Positions 28,030-36,392 are shown, counted from the first letter of the stretch. The stretch is DNA of 52,112 bases from Patescibacteria group bacterium (GCA_035289165.1 DATDYA010000012.1:1-52112); one strand, 5' to 3'. The notes: generated by a model from the letters alone, not told the origin. Translations and numbers: made by a program.

Positions 28030-29139
28030 ATGTCAAAGGTACTCATCTTATCTCTTAAAGCCGGTACCGGACATCGCATTGCTGGCGAGGCTCTGGAAGA
28101 ATATGGCCAGGCCCATTTCCCAGATTGGGAAGTTAAACATGTCGATGCCACGCCGTACCTTTCGCCGATTTCTTTTTTTTTCCACATCCGATCATATAAC
28201 TTTTTAAGCGCCAACGGTAAATGGCTCTGGAAACTAGCTTACAATTTTTGGGATCGTAAATTCCCAGCTAAATTTCTCCGACAGCTGGCAAAGATTCAAT
28301 CGAGATTAAACCCCCGACTGGTCAAGCTATTAAAACAAGAAAATCCCGACGCGGTTATTTTTACAATCTTGGGCTGTGCCCAAATACTTCTACCGGTGAT
28401 AGAAAAAGAATTCCCTAACCTAAAAACTTTTGCCCTCATTACTGACTACTCTGTACACAATATTAACATCGTACCAGGTGTAAAGTACTATTTTGTTCCT
28501 ACTCCGGAAGCTAAAGAAAAAATTATAAATAACCCCGTGCCGCATGAAGAAGTAACCATTACCGGCATACCAGTCCGCCAGTTATTTTTAACCCAAACCA
28601 AAACTCCAGGACTATATGAAAGATACCATTTTCTCCCCGCCTGGCCCACCGTTGTCTTCCTAACCGGAGGAAACGGCGTGGTTAAAGCCAAAACCTATTT
28701 AAAAGAACTTTTAGATTATCCACACCCTTTAAATTTATTTGTAAACACTGGTAATAACCCGATACTTTTTAAAAATTTAAGAACCTTAAAATTTCCATCT
28801 TGGATAAACTTCCACTTATCAAAATGGACTGACGACCTCCCTTCTCTCTTTTCCATCGCTAACCTTGTCATTACCAAACCCGGTGGGCTAACCGTGACCG
28901 AGGCCCTACACCAAGGCGCTCCACTTTTACTCATCGACCCTATCCCCGGTCAAGAAACTAACAACTTAGACTATTTAGAAAAAAATCACTACGCAGTAGC
29001 TTTAAAAGACCATAAAAAAATCAAAGAATTAGTGGCCGATATAATAAATAAAAAAATTCAACTAGCCGTATTCCCCCAGATAGACAACCCCGCTGAAAAA
29101 ATCTTTAAAGTAATCGAACAAAAATTGGCTCCTAAATAG
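28030..29139 (+). CDS. glycosyltransferase, MGDG-synthase/UgtP/MurG-like (GT28)
   Basis: N-terminal KVLILSLKAGTGHRIAGEAL and C-terminal ITKPGGLTVTEALHQGAPLLLIDPIPGQE. Confidence 0.75.
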   Translation: MSKVLILSLKAGTGHRIAGEALEEYGQAHFPDWEVKHVDATPYLSPISFFFHIRSYNFLSANGKWLWKLAYNFWDRKFPAKFLRQLAKIQSRLNPRLVKLLKQENPDAVIFTILGCAQILLPVIEKEFPNLKTFALITDYSVHNINIVPGVKYYFVPTPEAKEKIINNPVPHEEVTITGIPVRQLFLTQTKTPGLYERYHFLPAWPTVVFLTGGNGVVKAKTYLKELLDYPHPLNLFVNTGNNPILFKNLRTLKFPSWINFHLSKWTDDLPSLFSIANLVITKPGGLTVTEALHQGAPLLLIDPIPGQETNNLDYLEKNHYAVALKDHKKIKELVADIINKKIQLAVFPQIDNPAEKIFKVIEQKLAPK

Positions 29140-29165
29140 GAGCCAATTTTAATCGCCTATGAATT

Positions 29166-29657
29166 TTAATAACAACCTAAATCCTCACAAAAAGGATCGG
29201 GTTGCGGTTCGTAAAAAATACCACTGCTATAATCTGTGTAATTACCTTGCGCGATTCGAAACGCAAACCAAGTAATCGAATAAGCTGACAAAAGAATTAT
29301 GAGGCCGATGATAGAATTCTTAAGTAAACCTTTAGATTTCTCCACTTGCTGATCATTGCCACCAGCGGTCATCCAAAGGTAACCGGCATAAATAATTAAA
29401 ACTACAAAAATAATACCCAAAAGTTGCAAAGCCGAACGAATTATCATTGCCACAATTATCCGCGGATCTTGTGGGTTACCATAGCCAGCGCCCGTTGCAC
29501 CACCCGCCGCATTCAACTGTTTGCCAATCTCCTGCGAAGCAGAGGTATTTTGTTCATTTTTGGCTGTTGGGTCAACATTTTCTTGAGCCAAAAGCTCAAC
29601 TGCTGGGTAGAGCAAGAAGCTGATAAAAACTGAAAAAATAACAATTTTTTTAAACAT
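29166..29657 (-). CDS. VirB2/TrbC-like 'pilin' family protein, paralog P1
   Basis: Signal peptide, core IIFVVLIIYAGYLWMTAGGNDQQVEKSKGLLKNSIIGLIILLSAYSI, and a C-terminal tail ending CEDLGCY. Confidence 0.8.
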   Translation of the reverse strand: MFKKIVIFSVFISFLLYPAVELLAQENVDPTAKNEQNTSASQEIGKQLNAAGGATGAGYGNPQDPRIIVAMIIRSALQLLGIIFVVLIIYAGYLWMTAGGNDQQVEKSKGLLKNSIIGLIILLSAYSITWFAFRIAQGNYTDYSSGIFYEPQPDPFCEDLGCY

Positions 29658-29666
29658 AGTCTAATT

Positions 29667-30143
29667 TTAAGAACCCCAAAACTCCGACCAACTCGAACCA
29701 AATCCTTCGGAAAAGCCTTGCCAAAAACCGCCATCGGCTTCTGGACCGCCAACCTGGCCAGCGCCAGTTGTCGCTACCCCGCCCACTTGCCAAACGATAA
29801 AAGCGGTAATACTATACGCCGCTAAAACTACAATGAGCCCAATTGTCGCTGTCGTAATAATTCCCTTGGCCTTAGTCACTTGTTCGTCTTTACCTTGGGC
29901 CGTCATCCACAAGAAACCAGCATAAACCATAAGGACAAGAAAAATAGTGCCGGTCAAAGACAATACTACCTTGATGTAACGGCCCACTGTTTCGGATAGT
30001 GTAGTATCGGTAACTCCGGCTGTCTCATAGCCACTTTTGTTAGCTACATCTTCAGTCAGAGAATTAATGTTCGGACCAGCCAGAACTGGCTGACTGAAAA
30101 AAAATGTTAGACCGATAATTAAGGTTATAAATAATTTTTCCAT
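29667..30143 (-). CDS. VirB2/TrbC-like 'pilin' family protein, paralog P2
   Basis: Core IFLVLMVYAGFLWMTAQGKDEQVTKAKGIITTATIGLIVVLAAYSI with a G/W/F-rich C-terminal tail. The track start at 30161 is a TTG, so I prefer the ATG at 30143 (MEKLFITL...). Confidence 0.8.
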   Translation of the reverse strand: MEKLFITLIIGLTFFFSQPVLAGPNINSLTEDVANKSGYETAGVTDTTLSETVGRYIKVVLSLTGTIFLVLMVYAGFLWMTAQGKDEQVTKAKGIITTATIGLIVVLAAYSITAFIVWQVGGVATTGAGQVGGPEADGGFWQGFSEGFGSSWSEFWGS

Positions 30144-30157
30144 AGTACTATTAATTT

Positions 30158-30565
30158 TCAAGTATTATCGGGCGTTGTAGTCACGTTGATCCCGTTGCCT
30201 GGATCGCTTGCACCGCCTAGCTTGTTGGTAACAAAATAAGTAATGGCATAAGCCGCCAGAACCACCGCTAAACCAATAATTGCCGCTCGAATGATATCCT
30301 TGGCCTTAGTCACTTGTTCATCTTTACCTTGGGCAGTCATCCACAGTATGCCAGCGTAAATTGTCAAAATAAAAAATATTGTCCCGACCAGAGATAACAC
30401 CGCCTGGATCACAGTGCCCACGCTTGTCGTTAATTCTTTTTCTAAGCCCGAGCTTCCTAAGGCTTTATCTAAATTCTCTCCTGCCCCCTGTAAACCTTGA
30501 GCCTGAACTGGGGAGCTAAAAATTAAAACGCTGACCGCGACCAATAAAATAATAATTTTAGTCAT
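30158..30565 (-). CDS. VirB2/TrbC-like 'pilin' family protein, paralog P3
   Basis: Core IFFILTIYAGILWMTAQGKDEQVTKAKDIIRAAIIGLAVVLAAYAI. Confidence 0.8.
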   Translation of the reverse strand: MTKIIILLVAVSVLIFSSPVQAQGLQGAGENLDKALGSSGLEKELTTSVGTVIQAVLSLVGTIFFILTIYAGILWMTAQGKDEQVTKAKDIIRAAIIGLAVVLAAYAITYFVTNKLGGASDPGNGINVTTTPDNT

Positions 30566-30568
30566 ATT

Positions 30569-31174
30569 TTAATCTAATAAACTAACGCAACAAATATTTT
30601 CTCCACCACCTGGACATAGTGAAGGTACTTGGCGGCTAACACCGCTACCAACATCACAATCCGCCGGCGCCATACAATCACCCTGTTCCCTCACCTCGCA
30701 TTCTGTAAGACACGTGCCATCATTACAAATTTTGTTATCTCCGCAATCTTTCCCGTCCATATCTGCCACCGAACAATCTACGGCCGGCGTCTCGGTAGAA
30801 CCGGCTTCACCATTCACCAGTTTATCAAAAACAAAAGTCGAAATAGCATAAGCCCCAATCACGATTATTAACCCGATTATAGCCGTTTCAATTAAATTCT
30901 TTGCTTTATCCACTTTCCCGGACTCACCCAAAGCAGTCATCCAAAGAATACCAGCATAAAATATCAACCCAAAAAAGACAATTCCCAAAAACGACAGGGC
31001 GACCGAGATTATATTTCCAATCGCTTCAGGAATACTGCTTGCTCCAGCAAATGATTTTGAAAGTCCTCCTGCGTCCGCCGTTGCGCTCACTCCATATTGA
31101 TCCGCTAAAACTAAAACCGGCACCATTACGACTAATAGCACACCGAGCGTAAACAAAATTTTTGTTAATCGCAT
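30569..31174 (-). CDS. VirB2/TrbC-like 'pilin' family protein, paralog P4, with a cysteine-rich C-terminal domain
   Basis: Core VFFGLIFYAGILWMTALGESGKVDKAKNLIETAIIGLIIVIGAYAI. Followed by a tail of about 70 aa containing 12 Cys (CSVADMDGKDCGDNKICNDGTCLTECEV...ICCVSLLD). Confidence 0.8.
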   Translation of the reverse strand: MRLTKILFTLGVLLVVMVPVLVLADQYGVSATADAGGLSKSFAGASSIPEAIGNIISVALSFLGIVFFGLIFYAGILWMTALGESGKVDKAKNLIETAIIGLIIVIGAYAISTFVFDKLVNGEAGSTETPAVDCSVADMDGKDCGDNKICNDGTCLTECEVREQGDCMAPADCDVGSGVSRQVPSLCPGGGENICCVSLLD

Positions 31175-31231
31175 AATTCTTAAGGGAAGATTGAAAACTC
31201 CTTTACTTTCAACCGTCTCCTAAGAGAGTTG

Positions 31232-31289
31232 GGGCGCGCTTGACGCCATGGCAAATGACCGGCCAAGCGCGCCCTTTCTCAAAGAAAGG
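31232..31289 (-). terminator. GC-rich 11-bp-stem hairpin plus a second small hairpin directly after P5 (terminator, attenuator or mRNA-stabilising element)
   Basis: gggcgcgcttg (31232-31242) pairs with caagcgcgccc (31264-31274). An adjacent ccctttc/gaaaggg hairpin follows. No clear T-run. Confidence 0.4.
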
Positions 31290-31293
31290 TGAC

Positions 31294-31725
31294 CTATATT
31301 CCCGGAGCATTGATCGGACCAGTATCCGTAGTTGTAGCTGTAATAATCTGATTAAAGATAAACTGCGTCAAAGCATAAGCCGCGAATATGATAACCAAAC
31401 CAATAATACCAGAATAAATCCATTTCTTGGCTTTCCCGACTTGTTCGTCATTACCACCGGCAGTCATCCAAAGGAAACCACCGTAAATAATAATCACCAC
31501 TGTTACGATACCAAGCAAACCCAAAGCCGCACGAATAATACGAGCAATGGTTATCCGGACATCTTGTGTACCTAAACCGGTGTAAGCACCATATTGCACG
31601 CCTAACTCTGAGGAACCAACATAATCGGTGCTTGTTGCTAGCGCCTCACCCGGCAAAGCCAAAAGTCCTCCTAAAAGCAATGTCCCCATTGCCACGATAC
31701 CTAACATTTTCTTTAATTTCTGCAT
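31294..31725 (-). CDS. VirB2/TrbC-like 'pilin' family protein, paralog P5 (candidate major subunit)
   Basis: Core VTVVIIIYGGFLWMTAGGNDEQVGKAKKWIYSGIIGLVIIFAAYAL. It has the strongest SD in the array (AAGGGGGTGA) and its own promoter-like element. Confidence 0.8.
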   Translation of the reverse strand: MQKLKKMLGIVAMGTLLLGGLLALPGEALATSTDYVGSSELGVQYGAYTGLGTQDVRITIARIIRAALGLLGIVTVVIIIYGGFLWMTAGGNDEQVGKAKKWIYSGIIGLVIIFAAYALTQFIFNQIITATTTDTGPINAPGI

Positions 31726-31767
31726 ATCTTCACCCCCTTTCTGTTGTTAGTTGAATTCATATTCAAA

Positions 31768-31776
31768 ATTATACCA
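31768..31776 (-). promoter_or_regulatory. extended -10 element TGGTATAAT (within gtgTGGTATAAT) upstream of P5
   Basis: Minus-strand sense reads ccaagtgTGgTATAATtttgaatatg...aaagggggtgaagatATG. The same TGTGGTATAAT 11-mer precedes P0. Confidence 0.5.
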
Positions 31777-31783
31777 CACTTGG

Positions 31784-32317
31784 CTATTTTAGACCAGTCA
31801 AATATCCTATAAATGTGTCTAACAATAGATAACTGGAAAAAACTAGTATCACTCCGATCGCTGCCCATAACATCGTCTGTGTGCCACTCTTTACCTTTTC
31901 AGCATTACCAGCTGAAATTAACCACTGGAAACCACCGTAAACAAACATCAATAAAGCCAAGGATCCAATTATCCCCAGCGCGGCCTGAATAATTTTACCC
32001 AATACTTGAGGAACTTCCGTCGGATTTCCGCTTAACGGATTTGTAAGACAAGTATAACCGGTTGGACAAGATCCTCCACTTTTAGTGGCGGGGGGCGTAG
32101 AAGTGGCTTTTTCAACCACAGACGCGCAATCACCGTCTATTGGACCCGTGCATCCCCCAGGACATTGTACGGGGGCACCACTATCTGGTTTATCAAAAGA
32201 CTCACAACTATAAGCACACTGACAGTGATATTTCTCTGCCCCAAAAGCCGGATCTGCTAAAAATATGAACCAGGATAAGCCTGCGATTAACGTTAAAAAA
32301 ATAATCACTTTTTTCAT
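31784..32317 (-). CDS. VirB2/TrbC-like 'pilin' family protein, paralog P6, with a cysteine-rich N-terminal ectodomain
   Basis: Signal peptide, then YHCQCAYSCESF...CPGGCTGPIDGDC...CPTGYTC. Divergent core LLMFVYGGFQWLISAGNAEKVKSGTQTMLWAAIGVILVFSSYLL. Confidence 0.75.
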   Translation of the reverse strand: MKKVIIFLTLIAGLSWFIFLADPAFGAEKYHCQCAYSCESFDKPDSGAPVQCPGGCTGPIDGDCASVVEKATSTPPATKSGGSCPTGYTCLTNPLSGNPTEVPQVLGKIIQAALGIIGSLALLMFVYGGFQWLISAGNAEKVKSGTQTMLWAAIGVILVFSSYLLLDTFIGYLTGLK

Positions 32318-32320
32318 AGA

Positions 32321-33331
32321 CTATGCCACTGATTTGAAAATAAAATCTACCAACACATAACTCCCGAGCATCACTATTACTCCAAGCGTTGCCCAAATCA
32401 AAATATTTTTAGCTTTGTCTACCTGCCCAGAATTACCGGCCGAGGTCATCCACAATAAGCCAGAATAAATATACAAAGCCAAGGCAATTGAACCTACAAA
32501 ACCAATAAGTAATTTGATAGCACGGCCGATTAGATTTATCACGCCTGATTCATCCGCGCTTAAACTGAGCGGATTTAGACTCTTCGCGCTCGACTTTACG
32601 TTTTCCATGCTTAAACCAATTGCTTTTTCTTCGGTTTTGCCAAGGTCCGCCTCAGTATAACTGGATCCACAGGTAGCATCGGCGCTTTTAAGATCGGCCA
32701 CTGTTTTTAGTTCTTCCCCAGCAGAACAGGTTGCCTCACTTTCTTTGTTCTGTTTTTCCACACCACATTCGTGTACGATCAGGCCTTCGTCATCACCAAC
32801 CTTCTTGCAACAACAATAATTTAATATCTTCTGAGTTTCGCTTTGACAATTACCTTCTTCTACATATGTGACTCCTGCGCCAGCCTCCACAATCTCTTGA
32901 ACCGTCGTTAGACGCATACAATCTTTTGTAACTGTAGAATTTAAGGGGTTCTCCGTAATAACACACAAACAAGGCTCATAAATTTTCATTATGCATTGTC
33001 TTACGTTGGGATAACCGGGGTTGATTCTAATTCTCCCAGATGGTCCAGTACAGCCGGTTCCATCTAGTTCAACCCTTGGGATACTAGACCAACCAACGCC
33101 AGCTTCTCCGCTTTGAATTTGAGTATATTCGTTTCTGTCGCCTACATTAAATTTTCTCCAGCTTGACCCTGAACCCGTACTTAACTCGCACCAACACCCA
33201 GTATTATTTTGATTAGAAAAACTAGCCTGGAGATAATTTTCCAATTCCCCAGCCGAGACAGGGGTAATCTCAAATAAAAACACTAAAACTCCTATTGCTA
33301 AACTACATTTTCCCCACCAGTTTATTTTCAT
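32321..33331 (-). CDS. VirB2/TrbC-like 'pilin' family protein, paralog P7, with a cysteine-rich ectodomain of about 250 aa
   Basis: Signal peptide, CWCELS..., many Cys (CLCVITENP, NYCCCKKVG, HECGVEK, ATCSAGE). C-terminal core LALYIYSGLLWMTSAGNSGQVDKAKNILIWATLGVIVMLGSYVL. Confidence 0.75.
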   Translation of the reverse strand: MKINWWGKCSLAIGVLVFLFEITPVSAGELENYLQASFSNQNNTGCWCELSTGSGSSWRKFNVGDRNEYTQIQSGEAGVGWSSIPRVELDGTGCTGPSGRIRINPGYPNVRQCIMKIYEPCLCVITENPLNSTVTKDCMRLTTVQEIVEAGAGVTYVEEGNCQSETQKILNYCCCKKVGDDEGLIVHECGVEKQNKESEATCSAGEELKTVADLKSADATCGSSYTEADLGKTEEKAIGLSMENVKSSAKSLNPLSLSADESGVINLIGRAIKLLIGFVGSIALALYIYSGLLWMTSAGNSGQVDKAKNILIWATLGVIVMLGSYVLVDFIFKSVA

Positions 33332-33337
33332 AGTAAC

Positions 33338-34018
33338 TTATAATCTAAACCCACTTTGTACCCCAATAGTCTCGGCTAAAAATCCAATTAAAATGTAAGC
33401 ACCAAAGGCAATTACAAGACCTGTTACTGCCGCCACCATGGCTCCTGTCCCTTTTTTAACCTGTTCAGAATTACCACGCGACAAGATCATAACAAATCCG
33501 CCATAGATGAACATAACCAAAGCTATGGCACCAATAATTCCGAACAACCACCGGCCCAGATTAATTAAGGTAATTACAAAAATTGAAATATCCCGACATT
33601 CTGGGGTTAAGGTATCCTCTAACACACAGGGTGGTAGAATCGCCCCTGCATCTTTTGAACTATCAAACTGCTGGTGATATTCAGAAATAGGATTGTATTT
33701 AGTACGAAACTGCTCATCCCACAAATCTTTCTGGGCGTTACAAGTACTCTGATCCATGGTGTAACAAAGATACATGTCTGTAGTCTTATCAAAATTCTCG
33801 GGGGTACACTGGTCTTTGCTATCAACTGGAGTGCAAATCGAAGAACCTTCTGCATCCTTATAATTTTCGAGAGTCAGTTTTTCCATGTTTGCCGAACAAA
33901 AACAATAAGTGGCTTCGGCGAGTATCGGACCACCTTGGGTTTCCACCGACTGGGGTAAGAAAAAAAACAAAACAAACAGAATTCCAGAAAAAATTATTCG
34001 TACCAAATATTTTTTCAT
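33338..34018 (-). CDS. VirB2/TrbC-like 'pilin' family protein, paralog P8, with a cysteine-rich N-terminal ectodomain
   Basis: Signal peptide, YCFCSAN..., 10 Cys. Divergent core LVMFIYGGFVMILSRGNSEQVKKGTGAMVAAVTGLVIAFGAYIL. Confidence 0.7.
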   Translation of the reverse strand: MKKYLVRIIFSGILFVLFFFLPQSVETQGGPILAEATYCFCSANMEKLTLENYKDAEGSSICTPVDSKDQCTPENFDKTTDMYLCYTMDQSTCNAQKDLWDEQFRTKYNPISEYHQQFDSSKDAGAILPPCVLEDTLTPECRDISIFVITLINLGRWLFGIIGAIALVMFIYGGFVMILSRGNSEQVKKGTGAMVAAVTGLVIAFGAYILIGFLAETIGVQSGFRL

Positions 34019-34021
34019 ATC

Positions 34022-35407
34022 TTACAATGTTTGATTAACCTTTGTCGCTCCCCGATTTAAAACATTCTGCTTCAACTGCATAACCTTATCGTTGTCAAAC
34101 GGTACGGCGTTCCATTCATCCACCATATCTTGGATTGCCTTAAGGGCCGCCTCATAATTCCGACCACGATACCAGTTTTCAGCTACCAAAACTTGAGAAA
34201 TAAACGGCGCTAATTCAATTTTATCTTTTTGTTCATTAATTAAAGCCCGTAAAGCCGTTGGCCGCTTACTTAAATCTAAATACTCTTTGACCAATTTAGT
34301 ATAAGTCAAAGAATTAACCAGGTTCCAGGCTTCGTTCTGGTTCTTCGACTTCGCGACTACCGTCTGAATCCAGTAATTGGCGACGTTCACCGGCTGCTCA
34401 TTATTAAGTTGCAACATCGACATTACCTCAAAATTCAACTGCGGCGCTCGAGCTTTTATGAGAGGATAATGGTAACTATAACCAAAGAAAAAACCAGCCT
34501 TGCCTTGCACAAAACTGTCGAAGGCGTTACCCAAATCCTTGTTCCAGGAATAGGTGTCACGAGCTGGGTTAGAAAAATCCGTATAAAAATTCATCACATT
34601 CATCGCCGGACTTATGTCATTGTTACGCGGGGCGTAATTAAACACGGCTTGGCCGCTTCGCGCCACAAAATCCACATTGCTTTGGCGGTAAAGCACATAC
34701 AAAATGTCATCAACACCCGGGACATTTTCACCGCTTCCGATGGCCACACCAGACTGGGTAACTTTTCCGCTCGTCCGGTCATATTTGGTTACCTTTTTAA
34801 CCGCCGCCTGAAATTCTTCCCAGGTCTTGGGCGGCTCGGCCACACCAGCCCGATCAAGAATATCTTTGTTATAATAAATAGCCAGAGCATCCAAAGATAA
34901 TGGCAAGCCGTACACTCTCCCCTCAACGACCACGTCGCTTTTCACCGTTTGTACAAAGTTTCTTTCAATATCCAAAACTGTCGGCAACGCGTAATCACGT
35001 GAATTGATTTTTGTTTCCGTGCTAAACTGATTTTTAATAATCTGCACCGTGGTATCCCGGGCCCCTTCCGGCATGGGTGCTAATTTACTTTGAAAAGTTT
35101 TTACCCAACGATTACGAATCGAAATAATGTCTGGTCCCCGATCTTCGGCTAGAGCCTCAACTAAACGAGGATACAACTCCTCCAACCTTAACTGACGAAC
35201 GTTAACTGTAATATGTGGTCGGTCGATCCGCCATTTAGCAATCGTAGCATTTAGGGCGTCGACGTCATCAAAAACAGTCCAATATTCCAAGGTAACCGGC
35301 TGAATCGCCTGCTGTTCTTTTTTCGACAACCCTTTACAACCAAATCCGGTAAATACCAAAAAACTCATGACGAAAATGAGTGTCAGTATGCTTGCTTTCT
35401 TAAGCAT
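34022..35407 (-). CDS. lipoprotein, ABC-type extracellular solute-binding protein (sugar-type); no permease or ATPase genes nearby
   Basis: Lipobox LVFTGFGC. The size of 461 aa and W/Y-rich periplasmic-binding-protein-like sequence fit this family. Confidence 0.75.
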   Translation of the reverse strand: MLKKASILTLIFVMSFLVFTGFGCKGLSKKEQQAIQPVTLEYWTVFDDVDALNATIAKWRIDRPHITVNVRQLRLEELYPRLVEALAEDRGPDIISIRNRWVKTFQSKLAPMPEGARDTTVQIIKNQFSTETKINSRDYALPTVLDIERNFVQTVKSDVVVEGRVYGLPLSLDALAIYYNKDILDRAGVAEPPKTWEEFQAAVKKVTKYDRTSGKVTQSGVAIGSGENVPGVDDILYVLYRQSNVDFVARSGQAVFNYAPRNNDISPAMNVMNFYTDFSNPARDTYSWNKDLGNAFDSFVQGKAGFFFGYSYHYPLIKARAPQLNFEVMSMLQLNNEQPVNVANYWIQTVVAKSKNQNEAWNLVNSLTYTKLVKEYLDLSKRPTALRALINEQKDKIELAPFISQVLVAENWYRGRNYEAALKAIQDMVDEWNAVPFDNDKVMQLKQNVLNRGATKVNQTL

Positions 35408-35412
35408 AGGGC

Positions 35413-35459
35413 AATAAAAAAAGTGTGATATTTTGATTGGTTACATTATATCACACTTT
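35413..35459 (-). terminator. intrinsic terminator after galU
   Basis: Minus-strand sense reads aaagtgtgatat...atatcacacttt followed by TTTTTT. The stem also contains a TGATATAAT extended -10-like string. Confidence 0.7.
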
Positions 35460-35480
35460 AGTTTGGTTGAGTATAGTAAA

Positions 35481-36344
35481 TTATTTTAACAGACCTTCTT
35501 TCTTCGCAAAATGAATCGCGGTTTCGAGTAGGGCTAATTTATTACCGGTATCAAAGTACTTTCCCTCATAAACATAGGCATAAAATGGCTTTTTTGCCGC
35601 CAAAGCGTTAGCCGCATCAGCCAACCAGATCTCGCCACCCTTCCCGGCACCCTGTTGCTCGAGCGAGGGCCAGATATCTTTGGTTAAAATGTAACGCATG
35701 CCGCCAACGATCAAACCGTGGGGCGAAACTTTATCCAAACTTGGTTTTTCCACAAATCTCTCCACCCGGTAAACCCCTTTTTCTTTTCCTTCTTTACCGT
35801 AGACATTGCCGTATTTCATCATCGCCTCTTTGTCTTCAATTTTTTGTACCCCAATAATTGGTGATTGTTTTTGGTTAAAGACCTTAACTAATTGCCTTAC
35901 GACTGGAATTTTAGAATCAATGATGCTGTCGCCATCGGAAAAAGCAAACGGCTCGTCGCCTAAAAACTCTTTGGCACATAAAAGCGCGTGCCCGTTCCCA
36001 AGCGGCTCGGATTGGCGAGTATAAAAAAATTTAACTTTTTTAGTCAAATCTACCAATGGTTTGATCAAATCGTATTTACCCTTACTTTTTAAATACTCTT
36101 CAAAATCTATATCACGATCAAAATGATCTTCAATCGCCCGCTTTTGTGAACTGGTCACAAAGATAATTTCCTTTATCCCACTTTCTACCATTTCTTCAAC
36201 AATATATTGCACGACTGGTTTGTCTAAAACCGGCAACATCTCCTTTGGCATCGCTCTGGTCGCTGGCAAAAAGCGTGTCCCGAGCCCGGCAACTGTAATA
36301 ACTCCTTTTTTTACTTGTAATTTTGGCATAAATTTATATTTCAT
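35481..36344 (-). CDS. galU: UTP--glucose-1-phosphate uridylyltransferase
   Basis: Motifs VAGLGTRFLPATRAMPKEMLPV and EPLGNGHAL. An alternative ATG lies at 36329. Confidence 0.9.
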   Translation of the reverse strand: MKYKFMPKLQVKKGVITVAGLGTRFLPATRAMPKEMLPVLDKPVVQYIVEEMVESGIKEIIFVTSSQKRAIEDHFDRDIDFEEYLKSKGKYDLIKPLVDLTKKVKFFYTRQSEPLGNGHALLCAKEFLGDEPFAFSDGDSIIDSKIPVVRQLVKVFNQKQSPIIGVQKIEDKEAMMKYGNVYGKEGKEKGVYRVERFVEKPSLDKVSPHGLIVGGMRYILTKDIWPSLEQQGAGKGGEIWLADAANALAAKKPFYAYVYEGKYFDTGNKLALLETAIHFAKKEGLLK

Positions 36345-36392
36345 CGGATTATATTTTTTAGTATAACAAACCTGTGGGCTTAGGCAAGGGTA

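Noticed and set aside
27945-28214. Minus-strand ORF of 89 aa.
   Set aside because: It overlaps the tRNA-His terminator and the 5' end of the well-supported glycosyltransferase gene on the opposite strand. It has no motifs.
29424-34900. Plus-strand and alternative-frame track ORFs across the pilin array and the solute-binding-protein gene (for example 29424-29633, 30629-30871, 30901-31152, 31240-31575, 33674-33958, 34409-34900).
   Set aside because: They are antisense or overlapping to ORFs with clear signal-peptide and TM architecture. Their composition is low-complexity, typical of shadow ORFs.
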